Shown: piece after piece, positions 11,501 through 23,000 of the stretch
Layout: each line of letters begins with the position of its first letter
Numbering within the stretch: the stretch's first letter is position 1
Assembly: GCA_000708835.1 (NCBI GenBank)
Contig: DF236969.1
Location: 62,001 to 126,000 of the forward strand
Direction of reading: 5' to 3'
Length of the DNA: 64,000 bases
From: Klebsormidium nitens
Taxonomy: Eukaryota > Plantae > Klebsormidiophyceae
Translations under genes and position numbers: made by a program
Notes under the pieces: generated by a model
Database searches by the model: none
What the model saw: only the letters and a program-made list of their open reading frames with translations
Told to the model about the DNA's origin: nothing

Positions 11501-14207
11501 AGAACCAGTACAGCTATCAGGTGCTAAAAAAAGGCAGCTGAGGTATTGTTCTACTTGGTTAACGTCAAGATTTCCTTGCTGCGGATGAGAAGAAGGAGCC
11601 GAATCCAAGAACGAAAGGTACACTCAAGCGGGAATGCTCCTCAACTTTGGGAGAGCTAAGCCATTTTGCTGTGGGTTGAAAAGCAGACTGGTCCAAAGTC
11701 ATGACACCGCCCCGTTCTTTCCAGACGAGAAACCGACACGCAATCGAACGTGGCAAAGGAGAAAAAGGTCAAAGATCGACTGTCTTCGTTGGCAGTCGCA
11801 CGAGCAACTTGTACACCGAGTGGTTCTCAAGCAGTATCAAGTCATAAGGGCACATAGTAATCAGAAATGGGACTTACAAACACTCCCTAGCTTGCAACAA
11901 GCAAAAACATGTATTACCTTTTTGCAATTCATAAGCAAGGACGCTGGTGACGTCATAAAGAACACGTGTCAACCAAAAGATTGGCGGAAACCAAGACGTT
12001 TCTACCATGATCACTTATTTCATCAAGCATCATCAAGCAGAACTGCCCATCAATTCTCTGCATGGCACCAGCAAGCACTGCTGAAAACGCCCCGAAGAAG
12101 GCGCCAAACTCGACGCACCTCCGGCGGATGCACGATGATCTCGGTCCCGTCGGCTCCCCCGACGCTGCACTCGGGCCGCCGGAACGCGAGCAGCGCAACT
12201 AGAGCGGCGACGTTCGCGGCGTCCACCATGTTGCCGCCGTTGTCGAGCACGTGCAGGTCTAGGCGAACGGCCCAAACCGCGCGGCCTGCCACAACGCACA
12301 GCGCCTCCGTATCCACTGCACGGCTCTCCCTACAAGGAAATGAAGCGCGTTTTTGGTCCCTCAGCTTCTTCTTTGAGTACCTTTTTTGACTCTCTCGAAC
12401 TTTCAGGATCTGAGTAGAGTTTTGAGAAAAGTCGTCGAGCTGCCACTTCGCAGAACGCCCCCGTCGTTACCGCCCGGCTCTTCCTGAAGACAACGAACTT
12501 CACCTTTTCTATTCCCTCTTTTCTTCCGCATTCGTTGGTTTGGGGGGTTTGTTGACTTTCCGAGCTTTCACTGTTGTAAACGCTTCGGAGAGGAGTCGCA
12601 CAAGTGCCACCACGCACCGCGCCTCCATATCATATTAGTTGCACGGCTCCTACACAAAAGACGAGAGTGAGAGTACGCTTGGATGAGTCTCTTGAGCTTC
12701 ATAAATTATCCAATATCTCGTCCCGTCGTTTGAGTGGGCTTCAGTCGAAGCTGCGCCAGTCCCTGCTCCTGTTCGCAGACTTAAGTGGAACAGACTCCAA
12801 ATCACTCGCATGAGTCCTGAGGTAAGCTGTGGCACTGCTACCAGGGAATGGGCTCCTTGTTTATCAGACCGCGCTCTAAGAGACGGGAGATAGCAGTATT
12901 CATACTTTTAAAATCCTTTGGAGTCCTCATTATGCTGCCAGCCAACTGCCTTCTTCACATCCCCAGCTTCAAGACCGCACATTCGCCACCACGCATTCTA
13001 CTGGGACAACAAGGAACGGGACAGATCCCATTCATTCCCATTTCTGGCTCCAATCTTCTCTTTTTCTTGATCTTCCCACTTTATGGGATTAACCAGTGAG
13101 AATAACCGCAGAAGCCATCGCACACCGCTTTTGAATGTCTCGGGGTTGCCTGATCTTTGGTCTCCTCTCATTCTTTCTGCATTCTTTGCCTGTTCGATCC
13201 TTAGTAGTCTCGGCAGACTTTTCGTGAGACAAGGGTCTCAAAGTTCGCAATCAAGCTTCTGTCACAAGCTGCGCCCCTCTTTCAACCGTATGCTTTTACC
13301 TGCAGTGCCAGTAAGAAAAATGAACCACAAAAACCTTATGCAAGGGAACATCTCGCATATGGCTCATAACATGTCTGAAAAGCTTCCGGTACTTTTCAAG
13401 ACCCCAGCCAGAACAAACTTGTCTCTTCCTCTCTCTTTCACAGTCTCCTCACCTGAGGCCTCTATCAACGATCCTCCCAAGTTCCACCGCCGCTTCTCCA
13501 GGCTTGCCGGACTCGAACGCCGGGTCTGCCATTGGGGAGAACTCGGTATATACCTGAAACAAGAGGTCGGACCAAGCTACGCAACAATCAGAAGAGACGG
13601 AGCCGCAGTGTCTGCTGTACAGAAAGCCCCTACTGCTGGGAAAAGAGAGCAATCAACAAGAGTGCTCGATATAGATTGACGACCAGCGCATCCGTAGTGA
13701 AGGAAGATGGGAGCATCCAGAACCAGGAAGAAGAGACTGATTTGTCCTGAAAGACTGCACTTAGAGATGCACTAGACTCTTACTGAAGAGCCATCCATCT
13801 CCCCGCATTCGACCCCACAGAATCTTCATGATTTGCCCAAATAATTACTGAAATGCAGGCGCCCCTCGTTGGACCAGACTGACAATGGCACACCTCAGTC
13901 AACACATCCGCAAAACCCTGACAACAACAATCTTACACCTCAAAAGCACTACTTGAAAAATTGCACCCACCTGCAGGCTCCCCTCGTTCGGCCGGTCCGG
14001 CCAAGGTGCCCCAAGCTCCGCCCCGACCACTGCGAGCACCCGGGTCTGCCCCAGCCGCACCTCGACTGGGCCGGACCCCCCCAGAAAGTCGATGCTCAGC
14101 GGGCGCAGGTCGAACGGCCCCCGGCCGTCGATGCGCTGGTCCGCTTGCAGGGCCGCTAGGATGAACGCCCGCTCGTTGTTTGAGATCGCCACCCCCTCGC
14201 GCGGCAT
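8593..14207 (-). CDS. RRP45: Exosome complex RNase PH-like subunit RRP45 (EXOSC9/CER7 family) with a long acidic, Lys-ending C-terminal tail
   Basis: Exons 14207-13971, 13553-13453, 12329-12119, 11492-11412, 10979-10857, 9973-9502 and 8996-8593, phases consistent. Motifs: ISNNERAFI..RIDGR, EFSPMADPAFE, ESRAVDTEALCVVAG..VWAVRLDLHVLDNGGN..DAA, PLTIHHLPVAVTF, DP..KEE..CAIQKGGG. Confidence 0.95.
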
Positions 14208-14405
14208 TGTGGCGAGCGGCCTACTGTTGCCCCCTTCTTTGGGAGTTTCTTCCAATGGAGAAGCGACTCGCTACTTTCTTCTCCCTCCCGCTTTCAGCTG
14301 TCAATCTGTAGGTTTGTCTGTCCGTTTCCTTGGCCTGTCCCGAAGGTTCCTTCTCGAGCAACTCGCCTTCTTAATCTGGTCACCGCTTTCAAGTGCAGAC
14401 ACACA

Positions 14406-15351
14406 CTAAAGGGGACTTGGTTCCGGTGCAATCACAGGGGGCGGGTCAGCGCTCTTGCGAGGCATGAACATGATAAAGCAGACTCCAGTGAGCGCTATCG
14501 CGGAGCCAATCAGGTCCCACTTGTCGGGCCTATTCCCATCAAACGCCCAGCCCCAGAGGAACGAGAGCACGATGAAGAAGCCGCCGTACACGGCGTAAAT
14601 GCGCCCAAAGTCGTTGTCCTGGAGAGTGGGGATGATGCCGTATGCAACGAGAATCAGGCTGCCTGTGGGAAGAAAAGCATCCGAGCATCAGATTGGGTTT
14701 CTCGTCATTTGTGCTTCCTTCCCTGTGTCTGGGGCCTTAGACGTCGTTCTCAGTGACATTTGGATGGCTGCTAGTGGACAAGATGTGCAAGGCAACAAAT
14801 CAAACAGCACACTTTTAAAGTCTGCGGTGGGTAGTAAGATTTTGAAGGCGTACAACAGGTAATAAAACCTCGGCTTGGTAAGGCGTAGTACAACAGGTAA
14901 TGAACCACAGCCTCGGTAAGTTACATGTTCGCACTTCGCAGTCCATGCAAAGGTTATTAAAAAGCCAATTGGTTGAAATATTGAGGGGGCGGAGACTGCA
15001 GAGGGCCCTCAGATATCAGTGGTGAAGGTTCCTGCCCTTGGTAGATCGAATGGTGCCTGTCATACCAAAGCTTTCTATGGCAGGCGCTGGACTATACCAG
15101 AAATCTCATACCACCATCATTGGCTCTACAAGAAACACGTACAACTCCCACACAATGCAATGTTGGCGGCAAGGACTCCAGGCTTTCAGCGATCAAATGG
15201 TCTGCGACGTACCGAGTATTCCGTAGCCCCAATGCCACCCGTCTTTCCTCCACTTCCAGACGAGCCAGCCGCCTCCGATCTCACACACTCCCGCTGCCAA
15301 AAACAAGCCCACGGTCTTAACTACTTCTACAGCATTGTTCTTAACAGTCAT
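14406..15351 (-). CDS. ynfA: YnfA/UPF0060-family small four-TM membrane protein (131 aa, one intron)
   Basis: Exons 15351-15213 (MTVKNN..LFLAAGVCEIGGGWLVWKWRKDG) and 14662-14406 (LVAYGIIPTLQDNDFGRIYAVYGGFFIVLSFLWGWAFDGNRPDKWDLIGSAIAL..PR). EIGG..L.W, GR.YA.YGG and DG.RPD.WD are the recalled YnfA signatures. Confidence 0.9.
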
Positions 15352-15776
15352 GCCTTGATCCTACTCTTGTCCCTTTGCCACCATTTTCTGTGGCGCTTGC
15401 ATTTGCTGTTATCTGCTGAGAAATCATGCTGATCAGGTGCCAGCAGCTCGTGTTTGTTGCTGGCAAATCTCTACCTACTTCGTCTCCGAGGAGACGCCAC
15501 TGCGTGAGAATTGAGGCATCCAAACACCTGTTTCTGAAGTGGTTGACCAGCGTCTATCCACGGAACCAAATTTAGAATACGGCTACTGCTACCCTCCCCT
15601 TCTCCGATTTTGCGCTGCACTCAGGACAAACAGAGTCACATGTCATTGTCAGCATGTGACTCGTCGAGAACGAGGGAGCTAGAACTTAGAAAAAAGAAGG
15701 CGCGCACTACCAGCCAGGCCTGCACATTGCAATTCCCTCTTCAGGAAGCTGCCGATGTGCTGGTGAGGTGGCCACC

Positions 15777-18700
15777 ATGTTGGCGGGGGTCCGCTTTGTG
15801 AGCCAAGCTGAGCTGAAGGAGCTTGAGCGGAAGAAGGCGGCGGAGGAGGCGGAGCGGGACAAGGCACGGGCGGAACTTGAGGAGGAGAAACAGCAAAAGC
15901 GACGGGAGAGAAAGGAAGAAAGGTGGGCCTTTGTTGCAGGGAGCACTTGCTCTCAGAATCCATGGGGGTTCTTTCATGCAGCCTTTTTTGTATATATCTC
16001 CTCTTTTGTCGTAGCAACAGCAGTCTGTGCCTCTAGTCTTGCGTCTTCCCCTGGCAATGCTTTGGACAAGTAGAATACAGCTCAATATTCCATGGCACAA
16101 GTAGACATCAGTTGTATCACATCCAGCATGTGATGGCGCCAATCCGCAAGTACAGAGAGCACTTCTGAGCAGCCGGCACCATGCTTTTGTTCGCCTCCGC
16201 CTCATATTGTTGCTCGAAATTCGCGATAGTGGCGCCAATCAGTAAGGCACGGAGGCTATTTGCTACCAGCAGTGGTACTTACGTTTGTTCCAATCTGAAA
16301 ATGAGTTCCGAGTCCGGCTTTTCTATGGTGGTCGCAAATCCCTATAAGGTGGCCGAATGATGTGCCCCAACAGCGATTGGGCAGATTCTGAAACACGATA
16401 TTTTGGGCTGAAAAACTGATTATGTGGCGCTACCTTTCCCTCATTCTTCTTATTGAGTGCACTTCCTGCTTTGCAACTCGTCACATCTTAATTCAACGTT
16501 GAGTGGTCTCATATGACTGCAAATGATAGAGTGCCCTTAGGTCTCTAACTTAAGATCCCTCCATGCAGGCGCCGAAAGGAGGAGACTGGGGAGCTGACGT
16601 GGCTAGCACCCGGGGTGGAGAGGCGGTTTGGTTCTGAAACACGGAAGGCAAAGCCTGCCGAGTCGGGCAGCGATGACAGCGACAGTCATCATGAGGACCG
16701 GCGGAGGGCAAAGAAGCGCAACGGCAAGCACCGGCGGCGGGAGGGAAGCCCGGACAGCGAGAAAGGCGATGACGTCAGTGATCGCAAGAAGAAACGAGGG
16801 AAGCACCCTGTGAAGGATGATGGTAAAAACGAGGATGATATGGTTAAGGAAGTCTCTGGGAAATCAGAGTCGACAGAAGACAAGCCCGTGGTTGCTAAGA
16901 TTACTCGGGAGGAAGCTGGCCTGGACTGGATGACAGCCCCGGGGAAGTCTATAGCTTCCGGCACAGCAGCTCCGGCTCTAGGCCCAAAGTCGGAAGCTCT
17001 AGACGAGACGACGAAGTTGCCGGGGGGTGAGACCAAGCCCCCGAGCAGTAGCAAGGAGCTCAACCCCTACTGGAAAACAGGGGGGGAGGGACTTCCCCCA
17101 GAGGCAAACCCACGACTGGGGGGAGGTAGGGCGAAGTCTGCGGTTGGGATCGGGGACGGGGGGGCCAGCTGGCGAATGAAAGCGCTGAAAAGGGCGCAGG
17201 AAGCCGCGGCGCGGGAGGGAAAAGATTTGAACGAGGTCGTGCAGGAGAGATGGGATTCTCTGGGGCAGTTGACGGCGAGCGTGGCTTCTGGGCGAGCCGC
17301 GCCGGCATATGCGCACCGCTTTGCGCAGAAGGATCGGGAGAGGCGCGGCGAGGAGGGGCGGCCGGCTGGCAATGCGAAGAAAGGCGACGGGGATGCGAAA
17401 GGTTCTGAAGAGAAAGAGCGCACATCGACCAGCGTGAAGGATCGAGGAGCGGAGGAGCACGGGCGACCAGAAAGGGATAGGAGATCTGAGGAGCATAGGG
17501 GGGCGGGAGGGGATAGGAGATTGGAGGAGCAGAGGAGGCCGGCGGGGGAGAGGAGATCGGACGAGCATAAGAGGCCGGAGAGGAAGGACGACCGGGGTTA
17601 CCTGCGGGACGTCAAGTCGGAAAAGTCGCAGATGCGGCGGCCAGCTGAGAGTGCTCCGATTTCGTGGCGGGGGGGCGCTCGCGCACGGCCCATGCGAGAG
17701 GCGGACGCCGCAGTTTTGCGGGGGGCTGCGGCGGCGATGAACCAGTTCCCAAACGACGGGAACTTCCTGGCAAAGTTCAAGAAAGACGCGCAGTCGAAGG
17801 AAGACGAGGCGAAGGGTGGGGAGGGTGCAAGGATGGAGAAGAAGCGGGCGTCTGAAAGCGAGAGGGGCAGTAACGGAAAGCAGGAGAGCAGAGGGGTTTT
17901 GGGGGGGGCCGAACGGGGGCCTCCCCAGAATGGAGGGATCAGGGAGGAGAAAGAAAGTGCAAGAAGCGCTCTGGATGAGGAGCGAGCTGCGCTTCGAGGC
18001 ATGGTGGCCGCGTTAGCGCAACCGTCGGAATCGAAGGACGAGCCCGTTGCTGCAGGCCCTGTTCGGACTAGCCCCGCCGCTTTACCCCAGCAGGAAAGCC
18101 GACCTGAGGCTGCTACAAGGCCTTCAGAACCGGGCACAAGAGGAGAGGAGACCACTGCAGGGTTAAGCGCTAACCAAGCCCCGGGGTTAAACGCTAACCA
18201 GCTGGCGGCCAAGGCGATGCGGCTGAAGTTAATGGGAAAGACGGAGGAAGCGGAGAAGCTGCTGAAGGAAGCGCAGAAGCTGCGTTCCGTGGAAGTCGTT
18301 ACGCTCCCGCTGGTCGACGCGCAGGGCCTTGCAGCGCCGGGGGCGTTCGGGAGCGCGCCCATCGGGGGCGCGAGCGAGCGCAAGCCGAAGCGGGTGCAGC
18401 GGTACGACTTGGACGCTGCTGGGCGGAATCCGGACGTTCCCGGGCGGAATGCGGACGCGGACGGACGGAACGAGGGGCGTCCGAAGGTCAAGCCCCGGTT
18501 CGCGACGGAGCAGGTCGAGGAGGACTCCGGGAGCGGGAGCGAGGAAGAGAAGGTGCCGACGGGCCTCGGGGGGTTGCGTTCGGCGGGGCCGCAACGCGCG
18601 CGTTATTTTGCGGACGACGACGAGAAGGATCTGAAGACAATTGTGGCGGAGGCGAAGCGCGGGCGGGGCGCGGATTACGACCAGTACCTGGCGGAGAACA

Positions 18701-21700
18701 TTGTCAAGGACCAGAGGTTTAAGGGGTTGGCGGATGCGGATGGGGAGTATGAGCATGACGATGGATTGCAGATGTACGAGTCGCGCGAGAAGAAGGGGTC
18801 GCAGAAGAAACAGGCGGAGCGATTCCACAGCAAGCAGGTGCGGGCGGGGTTGTCTCCTGCTCTGTTTTGGATTCGCTTGCTTTGCCATACTGTCCGTTCT
18901 TTGCTTCTGAACTCCCAACTTTCTTTCAGCCTCTTCATGTCCAATATCGTGGTTGTCTCGGCCTTTCCTGCTTGTGGCGAAGTTTTCCAGTGCTTCATTG
19001 CTTCCGCAAAATTTCTGTGAACTCGCTCCTCTTTCTAATGTATTTCCGTCTTGCTTTGGTAATTCGCCGTGTGCCTCACTACGGCGCTCCTTGCTCGGCT
19101 CATTCACCCAATGAGGACCTTCGAAAACGCTGAGGCCATGAACTCCTCCCACCTTACTGTCGTCATCTTCCGACATCTTGCTGACGTCATATCCGCGTAC
19201 TCCCTCCCTCCTTCCTCCAGGTGGCGGACGCCCGCCGGCTACAGAGCCAGCACGACCGGTGTCTTCTGCATCAGAACTGCCGCTTTCTTTCTAGCTTGGC
19301 TGACATCATCGCATTCTTTTCGTTGTTGCTGCAGTCACCATCAATCTCGTGATTCACTGACGGCATCATTGGTTACTCATTGGTAACCGCTCTCCATAGG
19401 TCGCTGACGCCCATAATTGCAGAGCCAGCAGGACCGGTGCCTCTTCTGCTTCGAACCCACCGTTTGTTTTCTGGCGTGGCCAACGTCGTCGTAGTGTCCC
19501 CTGCTTGCCAGAGTCTTCAACACCTCATGATCCGCTTGACGTCATCCGTTCCTCCCCCCTTCCGCAGGTTGCCGATGCCTGCGGCTGCAGAGCCAGCAGG
19601 ACCGGTGCTTCTTCTGCTTCAAATTGGTTTCTCCCCTGCTTGGCTGACGTCATCGTAGTGTCCTCTGCTTGCTCAAATCACTAACAATCTCTTGAGTCAA
19701 CTGACTTCGTTATGTCTTCCCCACTTTCGCAGGTTGCGGACGCCCGCCGGCTGCAGATCCAGCAGGCCCGATGTATCTTTTGCTTCCACGACCCGATCTT
19801 CCCATCCAAATGACGTCATCGTATTGTCCCCTGCTTGCTCAAACCACCAGCAATGCCTCGTTCCGCTGACGTCATCATCTCTCCCCCCTTTTCCCCCCTC
19901 CTTTCCCCTTCCGCTGACGCTCGCCGGCTGCAGAGCCAGCAGGACCGGTGCTTCTTCTGCTGCAAAAACTCGTCTCTCCCCAGCTTGGCTGACGTCGTCG
20001 AAGTGTTCCCTGCTTGCTCAAATCACCATTTTTCTTTGATCCGCTGACGTCATCATCTCTCTCCCCCTTTCCGCAGGTCGCCGACGCCCGCCGGCTGCAG
20101 TGCCAGTAGGATTTGTGCCTTTCATCTGCTTCAAACGGGTTGCTCCTCCAGCTTGGCTGACGTCATCGTAGTGTCCCCTACTCTGCTTATCAATAACCTC
20201 ATGATCCGCTGACGTCATCATCTATCTCCCCTCCTTCGCAGGTCGCCGATGCGCGCCGGCTGCAAGGCCAGCAGGACCGGTGCCTCTTCTGCTTCGACAA
20301 CCCGGGCAAGCCCAAGCACCTCATCGTCTCCATCGGCGTCAAGGTCTACATGATGCTGCCGCCACGCGGGACCATTGTTCCGGGCCATTGCTTCATCGTG
20401 CCAATGGCGGTAAGCCACACACGGCTCTGAAGTTCCATTTTCTTCATTTCGTTAGGGCGCGCGACTGATTACTTAGACCGGATAGGTAACCGAAGAGCCT
20501 TCCGTTTTGTGACTTCTGCGAAGTACAGTTTCTGTCGCCCCTGTGGACCGTGTTCTGGGGCACTGCTTCATTGTGCCTATGGCGGTAAGCCATACACCGC
20601 TCAGGATTCCCAGTTTCTTCATGTTGTGTTGCAAGGAGCTTTCTGGTCGAGAGAAACGAGAAGGTTTTGTTTTGTAATCGAGAGGATATGGAACTCAAAA
20701 GTATTCGAATTCTGACTGCCCTAGTCAATATGATGCTGCTGACGCATGGGTGGGACGAGAACGTGTGCAAAGAGATGCGTACATTCACATGTTTCCTCGC
20801 CAAGGCCATCGATTTCTTGATCAAACTTCAGACCTAAGATCTTAGGGACTCAAAAAACCCAGACCTAAGATCTTAGGGACTCAAAAAACTACAGTTATGA
20901 ATCTGAATCGTTTGCAGCACGAGGTGGCGAGCCGGCACCGGGACGAGGACTTGCAGGAGGAATCGTGCAACTTCATAAAGGGCCTCCTTAAAGTGTGAGC
21001 CGTCAAGTCCATCGGGATGCTTTGAGATATACAAATCCTTTGAATAGTGGATCACAGGAACTCAAAACCCCACTTCCGTCCTATTTGCAGCACGAGGTGG
21101 CGAGCCGGCACCTGGACGAGGACGTGTGGGACGAGGTGCGCAACTTCAAAAAGTGCCTCGTCAAAATGTGGGCGAGCGACGGCAAGGAGGTGCTCTTCCT
21201 CGAGACGGCCACGCAGCTGCAGCGCCAGAAGCGGCACTGCGTCGTGGAGGCGGTGCCGGTGCCCGCGGGGGTGGCGTCTCGGCAGGCCCCGCTCTACTTC
21301 AAAAAGGTGAGAGGGATCCCTTCGAAAGAGGACCCTTTTTATCGAGGGGGAGTTATGAGGCACTGAAAGGGTGCATCGCGGCAGGCCCCGCTCTACTTCA
21401 AAAAGGTGAGAGTCAGTTTCGAGAGCACGAGAATTGTCGGGTCAATTTGGGTCAATTTGAAGACGACATTATGCTCGTTGGGGAGAGGTTCTGCTTGGAA
21501 GTCACGGCTTTCTAAAAGAGGTTTAAAGGTGATTTTCTTGCTTATAGAGAGGTGGCGTCGTGGCAGGCCCCGCTCTACCTCAACAAGGTGAGGTTTTATG
21601 TTTAGAGCACGGGAGATAGTTCGGGCAGTGTTGATGGGGAGAATCTTGGTCTTAGAGAGAGGTTTTGCTTGGGGATTGGGGCTTTTTTGGGTGGACATTT

Positions 21701-23000
21701 TGGTCATGGAAAGGTTGCATTGCGGCAGGCCCATTGGAGGTCCTTTTGAGGGGTTAACAAGTTCATTCCGACTTAAGAAAGCTGGAAAGTGCTCTGGACT
21801 GCTTTTGTCTATCTCTCCTTCCTTGCCGCGTTTCCTACAATCATTGTGGCGGGCAACAGGAGATTCAAGTTACCGCTCGTGGGATGGTCGTTGACGATGC
21901 AGTTTTGAGTCCGGCAATGAGCGGCTAGGAGAGGTCCACAGAGCGACTCCGTGCTTTTCGTCTCGTTTCCACTGCTGTGAATTGTGTACAGGGAACTTAA
22001 ACAAGACAGCTGCTCTTGAATTGTTATAAAGAGCCGTGCTACGGGGGTAAGAAATCTTGCTCAAATCTGAACGACAGCAGTGTGAGACAACACGAGCCGA
22101 TCCATTGAAGCTTGGAACTACCAAAGAAGTTGAAGCTTCCGTTTTGAGCGTCCCAGTAATACAAGCTCCAACGCTTCCCGTGCATCAGCTCCCGAAACAT
22201 GAACACATTGAGACCTGACGCTCCGATTTCCTCCCCGGTACAGGCACTTGACGAGGCCGAGAGCGAATGGAGCCAGCACAACGCGAAGAAGATCATCGAC
22301 ACGCGGGGAAAGGGGCTGAAGGCCAGCATCCCCAAAAACTTCCCCTACTTCCATGTCGAGTTCGGGCTCCAGGGGGGCTACGCCCACGTCATCGACGTGA
22401 GTGCTGACGTCATCCTTCTTGCTTTCGAGGCTCTGGCTGAAGCGGCGCGGGTGCTGGGTAGCACAGAATGTCATGATTGCATCCCAGCGCGTGTGGTCCA
22501 GAGTTCTGCGTGTGTGTTTGGTTTGCAACATTCTCGTGCATTTTCTTCAGGGAGTGTGATTTCAGATGATCAACATGGGTCCTACGATTGACTGCGGCGT
22601 TCCGATGCAACACATTCTGTTGGGCCGATGTCTTGCAACCTAGGAGGCTGAAAGCGAAGAAGACGTGTTCTTTCGGAACGCGGGCAACAGCGTCAATGTA
22701 AAAGAGAAGTGTTCGGGTCTCGCTAAGACCTCGGACGTCGGGATAGGGCCAGTGTAACGTCCGTTGTCCTCATTCTGCCTCGTTTTTGCGTACAAGGCTC
22801 ATCCGATTGCCCTGTGAATGCAGGACGAAGCGGGCTGGAAAGCATCTTTCGGACGGGACGTAATTGCCGGCATGCTTCAGCTGCCAGAGGAAGACACGCA
22901 CGGTCGCCCAAAGCAGCAGAGCTTCGACCAGCAGAGAAAGGCGGTGCTCAACTTCTCTCAAAAGTGGGACCCACACGACTGGACAAAGATGCTCGGCTGA
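15777..23000 (+). CDS. CWF19L2: CWF19-like protein 2 (spliceosome-associated, CwfJ C-terminal domains)
   Basis: Start context gccaccATG. Exons 15777-15922, 16569-18837, 20242-20409, 21091-21306, 22244-22396 and 22824-23000, phases consistent. Motifs: MLAGVRFV, DGGASWRMKALKRAQEAA, RCLFCFDN..KHLIVSIG, GHCFIVP, VWDEVRNFKKCL, FLET, HCVVEAVPVP, PLYFKKA..ESEWSQH, PKNFPYFHVEF, GYAHVIDDE, WDPHDWTKML. Confidence 0.95.
17452..17583 (+). repeat. In-frame 36-nt (12-aa) tandem repeat x about 4 inside the large CWF19L2 exon
   Basis: EEHGRPERDRRS / EEHRGAGGDRRL / EEQRRPAGERRS / DEHKRPER. Confidence 0.7.
19150..20300 (+). repeat. Tandem array (about 165-180 bp period) of six degenerate copies of the CWF19L2 exon-3 acceptor plus exon start
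   Basis: Exon-like starts at 19221, 19400, 19568, 19733, about 19911 (AG lost) and 20077; the true exon starts at 20242. Units resemble tgacgtcatc..pyrimidine tract..cag|gtcgccgacgcccgccggctgcagagccagcaggaccggtgc. Confidence 0.9.
20545..21735 (+). repeat. Further exon-edge duplicates in CWF19L2 introns 3 and 4, plus a short tandem repeat
   Basis: Donor copy at 20545-20602 (tatggcg|gtaagcc). Acceptor copy at about 20905-20950 (ttgcag|cacgaggtggcgagccggcacc). Donor copies at 21380-21412 (33 nt identical to 21281-21313) and 21549-21593, and a partial one at 21722. cagacctaagatcttagggactcaaaaaac occurs twice at about 20829-20889. Confidence 0.88.

Noticed and set aside
11634-12389. 251-aa plus-strand ORF
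   Set aside because: Antisense to RRP45 exon 3 and intron, with no motif; shadow ORF.
13083-13679. 198-aa plus-strand ORF
   Set aside because: Antisense to RRP45 exon 2 and introns; no recognisable domain.
16120-16245. Two tggcgccaatc E2F-like motifs in CWF19L2 intron 1
   Set aside because: Short motifs, plausible by chance in GC-rich DNA; no supporting evidence.
17598-19176. 297-aa and 315-aa minus-strand ORFs
   Set aside because: Antisense shadows of the GC-rich CWF19L2 exon 2.
19150-20300. CRISPR-like interpretation of the regular repeat array
   Set aside because: Whole units are degenerate copies with no constant repeat plus unique spacer structure, there are no cas genes, and the context is a eukaryotic intron.
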